Assembly: GCA_951406725.2 (NCBI GenBank)
Contig: OX597822.1
Span: 111,476,001 to 111,540,000 of the forward strand
From: Octopus vulgaris
Taxonomy: Eukaryota
Length of the DNA stretch: 64,000 nt
Direction of reading: 5' to 3'
The translations under genes were made by a program, and so were the position numbers. Of the stretch, positions 12,400-25,030 are shown in pieces. The stretch's first letter is position 1, and every line of letters starts with the position of its first letter. The notes beneath the pieces are model-generated. The model saw nothing but the letters and a program-made list of their open reading frames with translations. It made no database searches and was not told the origin of the DNA.

Positions 12400-12436
<37 letters not shown>

Positions 12437-12818
12437 TAGCAAATCAATTTCAATATTAATAATAAAAAATAAGCATCCGAAAATGTTAATTCCGATTTGC
12501 TGGAGAGGATTTTTACGCTTTAAGTTTCTTGAAATTACAAGCTCTCTTAATAAAGTCTCCGGGCAATCATTACAGTCGAATAAGAAGAGATTTGTGCATC
12601 ACCTTTCTTTTTATTCATTTATATTGAACAGCAATTTGTTTCTGGAAAGGAAATATTTATACCATTGAATAAATTAAGTTTCTACACACTCAGACACAAA
12701 CGCACGCTGATACGCACATGCACACTCACACACTCTCATACACACACCTGTATAGATTTGGGTGTACAAAATTGGACATAATGCTCAATTCGTAAATACG
12801 GTAAATATGTTTGTTTAT

Positions 12819-12994
12819 ATAGTTCTATATTTAAGAGATGAGGAATTATGTACATTATTTACACTATTTACATTGTTTTCATTTGACGGATAATTGTCCT
12901 CATCTTGTTTGTTGTTAACACAACGTTTCGACTGAAACTGTCTGGAATTGATCTCAGAATATTGGGGTTTGTAGCCCGTGCTCTTAACCACTAC
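12819..12994 (-). mobile_element. SINE family F (tRNA head plus HHR tail), internally deleted
   Basis: Minus strand: CGTAGTGGTTAAGAGC head joined to CAGTCGAAACGTTGTGTTAACAACAAACAAGATGAGGAC tail. Confidence 0.8.
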
Positions 12995-13241
12995 GGGCAT
13001 ATGGCGTAGTGGTTAAGAGCGCGGGTTACGATTCCCAAGATTCTGAGTTCAGTTCCAGGCAGTGACCTAAATAATAATAATAATAATAATAATAACATTG
13101 AAAAATACCTTAGGAATGAGAACCTAGCTTCGAAATTTCCCCAAGATACCTGATGAAGGCTGGAGGGTATATCAGCCAAAACGCTGTGTTGGCAACAAGC
13201 AAGATGAGGACAAATATCCGTCAAATGTAAATAATGTAATA
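12995..13241 (+). mobile_element. SINE family F: tRNA head, (AAT)n, hammerhead-bearing tail
   Basis: TGGCGTAGTGG A box, GAGTTCAGTTCC B box, (AAT)n, then HHR motif at 13146-13189. Confidence 0.8.
13146..13189 (+). ncRNA. Minimal hammerhead ribozyme (two substitutions in the 3' half)
   Basis: ATAC-CTGATGA-A-GGCTG(GAGGGTATAT)CAGCC-AAAAC-GCT-GTGT; sister copy at 12918-12934 retains GAAACGTT-GTGT. Confidence 0.7.
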
Positions 13242-13396
13242 ATGTTTGTTTATCTATTAGCTATAAAATAAATTTGTAACGGACGGGGATAAAATCTAGT
13301 ATGTCCTATATGTGAAAAATCATTTGCCCAATTTTTCAACTTTTCTAGGGCTACAGTATTCACATACACACACGCACTATATTTATACACACACAT

Positions 13397-13450
<54 letters not shown>

Positions 13451-14299
13451 TATATGTTATGTGTTTGTGTGTATACCTCAATAAAACGAAGCATGAAGTG
13501 GTTGTATGGAAGATTATGAGTATCACAATAACAAGAATTTAATCGAAATGGACATAAACATCTCTGTCACTCCATTTTTCTTTCTCTCTATTCCCCTCTG
13601 TGTATACACACATACATACATATGTACATACATACATACATACGTGTGTGTGTGTGTGTACATATTTTTCATTTTATTGTAATATTGCCGTTTTCTTTGA
13701 TTCCAACTGTTTGTATTGTGTAATTGTGGACCTTGATGAGTGTCCATTGTTTTTAACAACTGAAATCATTTTATACATTATAGGAATTACGAATTAAGAC
13801 AATTATGAAGCGGCATTTCTATTTTAATGCTGGTTGCATACAGGAAATAACTATTATGGGCAATCATCCTCCCATACAATCATATGAAAATTTAAGAGTC
13901 AAATTAATTTCCTATCATTAAGTTAGCTTCTATGCAGTGGCCACTAAAATCTAATTAGAAATAATTAGGTGGTGAAGGGACATATTAAACCATAACTTTT
14001 ATCGACTACCTCGGTAAATAAGCTGAAATTTAAACTTTACTGCATATGTTTAATATAAAGCAGACATATCCGTTGTTGTCGCCCCTGCCTGCTCCCCAAA
14101 CATTTAAATTAATATTAATTTATATTGTCTTTTGTTTAGCGATTAACTATTGCTCTTTCTGCATTAAGTAATTTGATAATAAAACTCTTTTTTTCTGTAA
14201 TATAGCCTTTTTGTCTATAACATTTTTAAACTAAGAAATTAAACTAAGAAAATATTTCCGTGATTTATGCTAATTTTCCACATCCTATCATCCGTCATA

Positions 14300-14760
14300 A
14301 TGAGCGTAAGTTCTTATCGCTGAAATTATGGTAAAGATTATGCTCAGTTGAGGAGACGTAATGGGACCAAGTCTTTTCCAGATTTGTCGCCAGAGTTTTG
14401 TGTGCGTTTTTTTTTGTGTTGATCAGTAATTATCTCTCGATTGATGAAGCGTTTTGGCCGTGAGATAATTCTCTAAATGAAAATCATTGCACTGTTTCAC
14501 AATCATAAAGAGACTATGAAATAGAAAATAATAATTGTTAAAGTATGAGTATTATTTTAATAATTTCAGATTAAAAATTCAACAAAATGACTCGCCGATA
14601 ATAGGTTTTCCTAACTCTTGAGTTGTTTTCGATCTTCTAATGGAAGGTTGGTTGAACTATATTTGAAGAATTAAACAACCTACGTACGGTGATGTTTTGT
14701 TTGCGTCTTATTTTCTTACCATCAGTTTACATATTTTGCCTAAATTCTCACCTCCATTGC
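14300..14760 (-). mobile_element. Possible decayed mariner transposase N-terminal remnant
   Basis: Minus-strand fragments TVRRLF...LEDR and a WVP..LTE-like segment. Confidence 0.3.
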
Positions 14761-15128
14761 TGAAAGGTCTATATTACAATATTTATATTATTAACGTTCA
14801 TACTTTATTACTTCTAAACATGCTTTTCAAATGGCGGGAAAATAGATAAATTTGAGACCTTTGTATAATGCTATGTAGTTATACACATGCTATATCTAAT
14901 CTTGATATTGGGTCGAGTGAGTTCTTCTTTAACCGATCTCTGATATTACACATTAAAGTATGCAAATTCGTTGCTTCGGTTTTCTCACGCGCCTATATTT
15001 CATTTGCTTCATTGCGATTGGTCAAGATATATAGACATCTCTGACGTCACCCCATTTCGGCTTCACATCTATCGACTGAGAGTAAAGCAAACCGATATGT
15101 TTTCTATCTCCTGCGTAGGTTTACATAT

Positions 15129-15424
15129 CACGTGATCACGTGACCGACCAGACCATCAGATGTTGTTACACATCGCTGGTCACAATGCGTTCGCATTGTT
15201 TTAGCCTTCGAATGACGCCACCCCGCTGGCTAAGCGAGCAGGCCAACAGAAGAAAGAGTGGTGAAAGAGTACAGCAGGGATCACCACCATCCCCTGCCGG
15301 AGCCTCGTGGAGCTTTTAGGTGTTTTCGCTCAATAAACACTCACAACGCCCGGTCTGGGAATCGAAACCGCGATCCTGCGACCGCGAGTCCACTGCCCTA
15401 ACCACTAGGCCATTGCGCCTCCAC
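15129..15424 (-). mobile_element. SINE family D (family C head, different tail) with 12 bp TSD
   Basis: TSD AGGTTTACATAT at 15117-15128 and 15425-15436. Confidence 0.92.
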
Positions 15425-15436
15425 AGGTTTACATAT

Positions 15437-15625
15437 ATTGATTCCAAATTTTGACACGAGGACAGCATTATCGGTGGTAGGGGAAGATAAGTCGATTACA
15501 TCGACCCCATTGCCGAAATAGCAGTTATTTGATCGAACTCGAATGATGAAAGGCAAAGTCGATCTCGGTGACATTTGAACTCAGAACCTGAAGACGGAGA
15601 AAATACTGCTAAGAATTTTTTCCTG
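15437..15625 (-). mobile_element. Old SINE family B-related copy
   Basis: TAAGTCGATTACATCGACCCC, GATGAAAGGCAAAGTCGA, TTTGAACTCAGAAC. Confidence 0.75.
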
Positions 15626-15696
15626 GGTGATAAAGGTTCTGTTTGTTCGTTCTGTTGGGGTTTACATATATTAAAGTCAATAGTAATTTCATGAGT

Positions 15697-15882
15697 AAGG
15701 CGGTGTACTGGCCGAATCGTTAGCGCAGCATTAGCGGCATTTCGTCCGTCTTTTTCTTCTGAGTTCAAATTCATGCTTTCGAGGTCGATTAAAATAAGTA
15801 CCAGTTGAATACTGAGGTTGTTGTAATCGACTTACTTCCTCCCCTGAAATTGCTGGCCTCGTGCCAAAATTTAAACCAATAT
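15697..15882 (+). mobile_element. Old SINE family B-related copy
   Basis: CTGGCCGAATCGTTAGC, TCTGAGTTCAAATTC, GGTCGATTAAAATAAGTACCAG. Confidence 0.75.
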
Positions 15883-18006
15883 TAATTTTATGAGTTCATC
15901 GCTAAACCTTATAAGCGTAAGCTGTTAGTTGATGGAACGCGTATAGCCTTTGCAAAATAAACTTTAAAAAAGCAACAAGTTAGTTTTCTCGGGAAGTTAC
16001 ATAGACAAAATACACCACACGATAGAAAACACGCTTAACAATTCGGTTTGATTAGACATGAAATAGATAATAGGAAGTACAGACAACATAATTGTCTTGA
16101 ACCAAGAGATTACATTTTTCTTTTTATGTAAGAGAAAATTAATAAGCACACAGTTGTCTGTCGAGCGATCGAAAACAACGCTGCATAACTCATTGCAGAA
16201 ATATATTCACTTCGTCGGGAAAAATGAAGAACTGACTGTATACTCATTTTTAACTTATCCATTTTATCAAGTTTAGCCGTGTAAATCTGAGAGTGTATGA
16301 TGCTAGTAGTAAATTACATGTTAATTTATTATATAAGAGTCGCTATTTTGATAAAGTCTACTGCCAATCACTCCATTCACTTTGTTGTTGTAAGAGATGT
16401 CCTCTCTAAATGTTGTATTTGTAACTTACGTTTCTATAAGGATATCAAAGATATCCTTATGAGAAAGAATGTTAGGCCAGATGGGAAAGAATTTATTCGA
16501 AGCTATTATAGTAATAAAGACCTCCAGATATGTTATTATGATATAATTCCACGGTTTACTTGTATCAAATATTAACAATATGAATTAAATGCAACTCGCT
16601 GGAATGATAGAATATTGATCAAGGAATATACGATGCTACTCTGGCATCATGAGGACCGTAATCCCACAAACAACCTGAATAGCTACTGCAATATTTCGTA
16701 AAACTAAAGTCTTATTTATTAACTAAATATTTTTTTTTAAGAATTTAATAAGGATTTCTTTCATATATTTATTTGGCTTCCCTAATTTTCTCACTTCAAA
16801 TCAGACCACGAAAATCTCTTTCTATATTACTTTCATATGACCTTTCACTCAGATCTCTGCATATTTACACGCGGTTTCCTCTACTGATGGCAGCTATTAT
16901 ACAGGGGGAAATCCCACCAACACCACAACCACCATGAGGTGGAATTACAAATTTGAATTCAAAATACGGGATTATGCAGTAAAGATGCTTAGAATTTACA
17001 TATTTACATTTTCGTTTACTTATTACTAAATACAATTTCTTTTTGATGGTAATTTTGTATGCGATAATTTCATTCTTCTAGAATTCGGCAGCATGATGTA
17101 ACCGGTGTCTTATAAATTGGATATTTTAAGAACTGAGACATTTCATCAGAGATTAAATTAATCAAATATAAAAGAAGTAATAGAACGTGTATTTACTCCT
17201 TTACTTTTCATTGAACGTTAGTAGTTTAGTAATCGAGAGGAAAGTGACCACGTTCTTAATGTTTACATACAGAATAATAGTTGTTTGCAGGAAAATTTAC
17301 TTTATGATAATGTCTCATAGTGGCCAATAAATTTATTTTTTGCAGTCAATAATTCCACAAGTGTTCCGATATATTCCTTAAGGTGTAGACCATCGTTTCA
17401 AGCTGCTGCATTTTTATTTGTAATCCTTTGCGTATGGTGTCAAAGAAGTATCTATTCAGAATTAAGTACGCCTAGGTTATCATAAATAGCTTGATGTAGA
17501 TTCTCATGTACTCACAGCTGGAACTTCTCAAATAGACATAATTTCCTTTAGTGATGACAGCTGTTTCGAGAGAGATAATAATTCCCTTTACCACACGTGG
17601 TGATATTAGGAAATTGAATTGTAGGAATGCAGGAGGAAAAGAAAGCATAGAATTCATATTTAATAATATTGTTTGCTTATTACAAATTTCTTACAAATTC
17701 TAGTCGGGGTGATCATGTACGTCTTTATTTCATTCCTTTTAGAAATCGCCAGCGTGTCGAGTATACCAATGTGTTTAGATTTAATATATTACAATGCTCC
17801 TTTTCATCATTGACTACAATGGAAACATCGTTACTTGGAAGTAAAAACACTCACACCTGGAAACGTTTTGAGAAAAATCAAAAAAACAAAACAGAAAAAA
17901 CAATTAAACAAACAAGAATTCATAACTGTGTTGGAAACACCCACTGACAACATTATATCGACATTGACTATATTCTAGCTTCAAGGTTTGAATAGTCAAA
18001 TAAATA

Positions 18007-18395
18007 GTGGAGGCGCAATTGCCCAGTGGTTAGGGCAGCGGACTCGCGGTCGTAGGATCGCGGTTTCGATTCCCAGACCGGGCGTTGTGAGTGTTTATTG
18101 AGCGAAAACACCTAAAAGCTCCACGAGGCTCCGGCAGGGGATGGTGGTGATCCCTGCTGTACTCTTTCACCACAACTTTCTCTCACTCTTACTTCCTGTT
18201 CCTGTTGTACCTGTATTTCAAAGGGCCGGCCTTGTCACTCTCTGTGTCACGCTGAATATCCCCGAGAACTACGTTAAGGGTACACGTGTCTGTGGAGTGC
18301 TCAACCACTTACACGTTAATTTCACGAGCAGGCTGTTCCGTTGATTCGGATCAACCGGAACCCTCGTCGTCGTAACCGACGGAGTGCTTCCATCC
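18007..18395 (+). mobile_element. SINE family C, full length, 13 bp TSD
   Basis: tRNA-like head (CCCAGTGGTTAGG, GTTTCGATTCCC); TSD AGTCAAATAAATA at 17994-18006 and 18396-18408. Confidence 0.93.
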
Positions 18396-19130
18396 AGTCA
18401 AATAAATACTACTTAATTCATTTCATGAAAGCCCATTCGTAGCGATCAACACTTTACCGTTTCTCTTCATTTCTCTTCATTCACATAAGCCAAAAGCGAC
18501 TAATGGCAATTATACATGCAGGCATGCATTATACACAAGAATGCATTAAAACTCACTTATGCAAATAATATTGTGTGTACATGTGTATGTGTGTATGTGC
18601 GTGAATGTGTGCGAGAGTTTGGAGTAATCAATGAGTCAAGTTTCATTGTAGCAAAGTAAGTTGAATAGGTAAATTGGTATAAGGTGTCTTTAGTTCTGAA
18701 CATAAATTTATGAACAATAATTGGTCGTTCAAAATATGGTTTTGCATTTGAAAGTATGATTGACTGTGAAATTAAATTTTAGCTTTGGTTAGAAATTTTA
18801 GCTTTGCGGAAAATCAGTTATCGGTGATTCCACGAATGACTGAAAACCAGAAAGCCTACGAACTAAGGCGTTCGGTTAACGATCATTGAAATAATCCGTT
18901 GTCTCTTTAAGTTGAGGATGTAGATTTTGAACAACAATATCCCTTTCGACGTTCGTTGGAAGGATTCCGGTAAAAATATGATTCCGTATTTATGAAAACG
19001 AAAAACTAATGAAGCCGGGTAGAGCGAACCGAATTATGCTTACTTTCAGCCTGAGTAACATTTACTTATTCCAATATTATTCCTAAACGTTGATACGATA
19101 TTTAAATGTTTCAAAAGTTTTTCATGATAT

Positions 19131-20950
19131 CACTGGTCAACACACCTTTTGGAGACTTCGGTTTTGTGGTTGTTTTGAGTTAATTTCGAGATGCTGATTT
19201 CAAATATGGCATCAATTTTCCGCAACACATCAGGTTTTTCTTTCTATAGCATACGCCTATTTTATGATGTACTGTATAAATAATGTACTTGCTCAGTCTT
19301 ATAGCTTAAAACCATAAGTTATAAATGTCAATAGAGTATGAAATGTAAGATAACATCACCTTTTATTAAATAAATACTGTTAATTTTCTCATATGAGAAC
19401 CATCATACATATACCTTCATATTCATGGAACAAATTTTCACTTACGAGAGCATCTGGAGTATTTCATATCTATACGGTCTCTTTAAATTCTCCAACAGTA
19501 GTCTGGCGTCATGTGTGTGTTCCATTGGCCTTGATATCTCTCCACTATAATCTTGATTGATGAAAACGCTCACTATGCTCATCACTCACGTTTCCGAAGT
19601 TTGCAGGAAATTCATCGAGATGGCTATTGAAGAAATGAAGCTTTATGCTCATGTTGCACCCTAATATATGAAAGTTATCAAGTAATATCTCCACCAAATC
19701 CTTTCACAATAGTCACAAATAAAACATATATTTTTTGGTTTTATGTCAGCCATTAAGCTTGAGAAATTCTGGCATTTCGTTAATATTGTGATTTGGGGCC
19801 CATCAAAAATACCAGCCGTTATTTATCATAACTTAGACCAGGAAATGTTGTACATATTAATTTGACAGAGTTACCTTCCACATTAAAAGCTTTGACACAT
19901 TACATCATTAGTCCAAGTTTAATATCAAGTGGTAGAAAGATGATTTTCTCTCGCTCAACAAGAAGTTGGTGTATGATATTCTTCTCCCCAACAGTCAAAT
20001 TTTTTCTAACTAGCCAGAAATTCTGTTCCCAATGTTTGTCTCTCGCTTGGTTCCCCCATAGACACAGGAAACACGGATATTTTGTATAACCTCCTTGTTG
20101 GCCAAGTAAAAAGTAGACCATTTTTAAATCCACACATATGACCCATTTGTGTTCATTATACTTCAGTAAATCTAATACATCTTTCATGTGATCATAATTC
20201 TCTTTTAAGTGCATAGACTGACCAATAGGAAGAGCATCAGACAAGTTTCCATTATAGATAGAATCCTCTTTGAATTATCAATAAACTGTTCAATACCCAT
20301 CATGTTTAAGAGTAAACAAAATCTTTTCCATTTGTAAAGAAAGCCAAGAGATCTTTTTCTTTCTTCTGATAAAATGTCACGTGTGTTTCTTTATGCAACA
20401 AAATCTTCTTTTTCAGTCTTGAAGCAAATAGTTCTGATAACTCGTTTGACAGCCCTGGGTCTCTAAATAAATCATTAACTCTATATCACTGTCATAGTCA
20501 TGGTTTATATCTACTTCACATATATCACTTTCACCTTGCAGTGAAGGCAAATCCCTGAAAACAGGTACTGGTATTTCATGTGAGTGAAGCACTAAATGAA
20601 TTGCTAAATCCATATTTAGGTAACTTCTTTTCTGTCAAGTTCTCTTGCTATAACAAGAAGTCTTTGTGAGACAAAAGTAACAATCGTTTACATGGTTCTT
20701 TGGCTTCCACCATATCATCGGAATGCCGATTGTTATTTGCTTCCTTGAGCCCTTTGTATATTGGCGTAGATTTTCGACATAGGGTAGACATATATTGTGC
20801 GGACCCACGATTTATCCTCATCACCAAATTTAATCTTTAAGCAAGCCAAGTAGGATATTTTCACAATCTGACTAACGTTCGTTCTTTTGGTACTATAAAT
20901 CACCCATATATATAACAACAAAAAAAGTCAGGGTAATTCAAACATTTCAA
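19131..20950 (-). mobile_element. Decayed Chapaev3-type (CMC superfamily) DNA transposon
   Basis: GDEDKSW, IGIPMIWWKPKNHVNDCYFC, KWVICVDLKMVYFLLGQQGGYTKYPCFLCLW, KLHFFNSHLDEFPANFGNVSDEHSERFHQ, ERYQGQW..DYCW; terminus CACTGGTCAACA at 19131; frameshifted. Confidence 0.85.
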
Positions 20951-20959
20951 ACATATATA

Positions 20960-21022
20960 CTTTATTAATGAAGCTACAAAGACATCAGAAAAATGTTACT
21001 CAGTGTTTCATGTTCTCTGGTG

Positions 21023-21080
<58 letters not shown>

Positions 21081-21280
21081 AGAGTAAACAGATACATGTG
21101 AGACAAGGTGGGAATTATAGTACTCGAATGCAAGAGGTAGAGTAATATGCTTGATTAATAAAACTGCAAAGACATCCTGTTTATCGGAGAGTTTTGTTTG
21201 AGATTTTCAACCAGGACTGTTTCACGAACGGGAACGTGAAACACTGAGTAACAATTTTTTGTGATGTCTTTGTAGCTTCA

Positions 21281-21290
<10 letters not shown>
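20960..21290. mobile_element. Rearranged inverted fragments of an HHR-bearing PLE terminus among (TA)n tracts
   Basis: 20960-21017 is the reverse complement of ~21232-21285; decayed HHR CTGT-TTCACGA-ACG(GGAA)CGT-GAAAC-ACTGA-GTA-ACA at 21217-21253; same family as 33688-33860 and 35075-35150. Confidence 0.7.
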
Positions 21291-21327
<37 letters not shown>

Positions 21328-21438
21328 ATGTATGTATATATGTATTATTCTTATGTAAGAATAATATATACGTATACACACACGTAAGTTCGGGTCCACA
21401 CACGCACACACACTCACATACGCACAAATACATATACT

Positions 21439-21479
<41 letters not shown>

Positions 21480-22677
21480 CTTTAGAAGAAACATTATTAT
21501 CCCGAATTGGACTATGATGCCGTCTTTATATCTACTGTTAGATGGATCTGATGTTCAACATATTCATATTGAAGACATTTTTTTTCACGTTAATCTTTGT
21601 CATTTATGCGTTATTGTCAATGTTAATTTCTAGATATCATTCCTGGAGTATGTGCAAGCCGATCTCTTTATCGATTATCGGGGGAGAATTTGTCTGCATT
21701 ACGTAATTGGCAGCTTGATTTACTTCGCTATTGTCCAAATAGCAAATTTTGTTTTCTGCCTATTTTTACCAGTTCCTTGTTTCTTCTTCAATAAAAGTTA
21801 TCTTTTTCAAATATTTTATATACAAAGGATTTTTTTCTTAGCATTAAACTACTATAATTTAATGGATAGTTTAAAACATAAAACAAAACTATGTCATTTC
21901 TCTTTACGAAATTAAACCCTACCTAATCATACTATCTGAATTCAATATTATATCCAAAGCTACAATTAATGAAGGCTTTAGAATAATGAAGAAATAATCA
22001 ATAATTTTGTTTTCTAGAAAATTTTTCCCGAAAATAATATAGGTGAACTTGTATGATTTTTGTGAGATTTTTTTTCTGTCTTTTATATTACCAAAATTTC
22101 AAATATATAAAATTAAAGCATGCTGACTACCTTGAGGAGAAATAGCATTGTGTATTTGGTTTTATTTTGTTGCCTTGGTGCATTCAATCTACAAGGGATT
22201 ATTAACACTGTTCATATAATTGATAGTATGCTCGTTTCTGAAAGACGCTAAAGTAATCCATGAGGTCGACTAAAAGGATCTGATAAGAAGTATTCTGATG
22301 CAACTATTAATCTTTAAACAGGAAATTAATTTTCGTTTACGAAACAATGGAATTGATTACCAACCAGACTAAAATTTGTATAACATATTACAAGCGTCAT
22401 CATGCTAGTATTCTATTCAATGTATGTTTCTACAAGACAAAGAAATACGCTAAATTATACACACAAAAATATATATTTACTATATTCATACTCACTATAT
22501 TCATTTAAGTCATGTATTCATACGTTGTTCTTTGTCATTGTGTGAAAGGCCGCTTAGCAAGAAGATTACACAGAAGAGTATAATCCTGTCGAACTGGTTA
22601 TTTGCAGCTTCGTCGTACATCAGATATTATGAATATGATATATTCATACAAATATGAAAACCCACATGTGTATATTT

Positions 22678-23375
22678 GTGGGCTGTACCTCAATGTCAAC
22701 AAAACGAAGATCATGTCAGCAGCAGCAGCCACAACAAACATCAGCATCAAGATCGATAATGAAGAGATCGAAGTGGTTGATGATTTAATCTTCCTTGGCT
22801 CCAAAATAAATCGAGATGGTAACTGCACTCCAGAAATAAGGCGGCGGATAGTACTAGGCAGAGAGGCAATGGTCAGCATGAGCAAGATCTGGAAGAGTAG
22901 AGACATCAGCCTCGCTACCAAATGCAGATTGGTGAATGCAATCGTCTTCCCAATAGCAACAAATGGATGCGAGACCTGGACACTAAAGAAAGCTGACCAG
23001 AAGAGAATTAATGCATTCGAGCTTTGGTGTTGGAGAAGACTTTTACGGATTCCATGGACAGCGAGGCTCACCAATGGAGAAGTTCCTAAGCAGATAAGGC
23101 CGAAAATGTCGCTAGAAGCTAGGATCACCAAGCATAGATTGGCATATTTTGGTCATATTATACGGAGAAAATCCCTGCAGAAGGACATCGTGCTCGGAAT
23201 GGTCAGTGGCAAGAGAAGAAGAGGTAGACCAAGAACCCACTGTCTTGACCCAATCAAGAGTGACACGGGAATGGCCATAGCCAATCTGAAAGAAGCGACC
23301 CAGGATAGAACTGACTGGAGAACACTGATCCATCGAGTAACAGAGAGTCGACTTCGACTGAGCGGATGGATAGAT
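22678..23375 (+). mobile_element. 5'-truncated RTE-clade LINE (RT C-terminus)
   Basis: GLYLNVNKTKIM, FLGSKI, EIRRRI, GCETWT, AFELWCWRRLLRIPWT, YFGHI, GKRRRGRP. Confidence 0.93.
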
Positions 23376-23708
23376 ATGTGTCTGTGTGTGTACAAACATA
23401 GTTAACAACATTGTGTACACACAAAGGTGTGAAGAAGTTTCACTTGGTAATAGACTGAGGAGAAAATTCTTCGAATGATGTGGGAAAGCATCAATGGGTT
23501 ATGCATGACATTATCGAACCGTAGGACCCTTGCGTCTTGTGTTCTTACAGCTCATCAACTAGGACACCAAGTCGTTCATATTCCTCTAAAACCTTCCGTT
23601 CTTCTAAAAGCAAACAAGGAACGGAACATTTACTAACATGCGGCGCGAAATTTTGTTTAACTATAAGAGCACTGCGAAGTATCGTTAAATCTATATATAT
23701 GCATATGA

Positions 23709-24124
23709 AGGCGCAGGAGTGGCTGTGTGGTAAGTAGCTTGCTAACCAACCACGTGGTTCCGGGTTCAGTCCCACCGCGTGGCATCTTGGGCAAATGTTT
23801 TCTGCTATAGCCCCGGGCCGACCAATGCCTAGTGAGTGGATTTGGTAGACAGAAACTGAAAGAAGCCTGTCGTGTATATGTATATGTATGTATGTGTGTG
23901 TATGTGTTTGTGTGTCTGTGTTTGTCTCCCTAGCATTGCTTGACAACCGATGCTGGCGTGTTTACGTCCCCGTCACTTAGCGGTTCGGCAAAAGAAACCG
24001 ATAGAATAAGTACTGGGCTTACAAAGAATAAGTCCCGGGGTCGATTTGCTCGACTAAAGGCGGTGCTCCAGCATGGCCGCAGTCAAATGACTGAAACAAG
24101 TAAAAGAGTAAAAGAGTAAAAGAG
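23709..24124 (+). mobile_element. SINE family A
   Basis: Near-identical to 5611-5988; repeated GTAAAAGA tail. Confidence 0.92.
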
Positions 24125-24614
24125 CATATTCAATCCTATGTAACATGAGCATTTACGCTAGAATTTATGCAGTTGCGCATTTCATATACCTGTATTCGTC
24201 TATATTGTTCAGGGACATATTGCCGGGTACTGGGTTATTCACCTTAGCCCATTTTTATTTAATTTATGTAAAGAACTCAGGCGATAAATATGCTATTTCC
24301 ATTTATATACATGACTACGAACATTGATTGCTGGAGATAGATTTGAATAATTCTTTTGCTAGTGACGCCTATTGAATCAAAATCTTGTCCACAAGAATAT
24401 TCTTTTATATCTGGGTAATTAACCTTTCTTTTTAATTAATGCCGTAACAACTGCAGGAATTTTCATTCTTAAAGTAATCTCCTCTTTTGATATGAAGCTG
24501 GTCTCATTTGCAGTTTCTTTATTGTGACACATCTTGATTTCAGCAAATCAAAAATTTTTACTGTGTTGTATTCGATGTACATATGTTTCTCTCTTCTCCT
24601 TCACACCGTTCCTC

Positions 24615-24650
<36 letters not shown>

Positions 24651-24711
24651 TCTCAATCTCTGCCTGTCTGTCAGTCTCTGTCCGTCTCTCTGTATGTATA
24701 TATATATATAT

Positions 24712-24943
24712 ATTTCTTTACTACCCACAAGGGGCTAAACACAGACGGGACAAACAAGGTCAGACAAACGGATTAAGTCGATTATATCGACCCCAGTGTG
24801 TAACTGGTACTTAATTTATCGACCCCGAAAGGATGAAAGGCAAAGTCGACCTCGGCGGAATTTGAACTCGAAACGTGACGACAGACGAAATACAGCTACG
24901 CATTTCGCCCAGCGTGCTAACGTTTCTGCCAGCTCGCCGCCTT
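24712..24943 (-). mobile_element. SINE family B
   Basis: Close to 4340-4571. Confidence 0.9.
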
Positions 24944-24990
24944 TTTATATATATATATATGTGTGTATATGTGTGTATATATATATGTGT

Positions 24991-25030
<40 letters not shown>

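Noticed and set aside
16297-16720. 92 aa ORF with CCIC motif
   Set aside because: No recognisable family and no splice or start context
17095-17155. CTGATGA on the minus strand with a TGTCT/AGACA stem
   Set aside because: No GAAA and no stem I; not scored as a hammerhead
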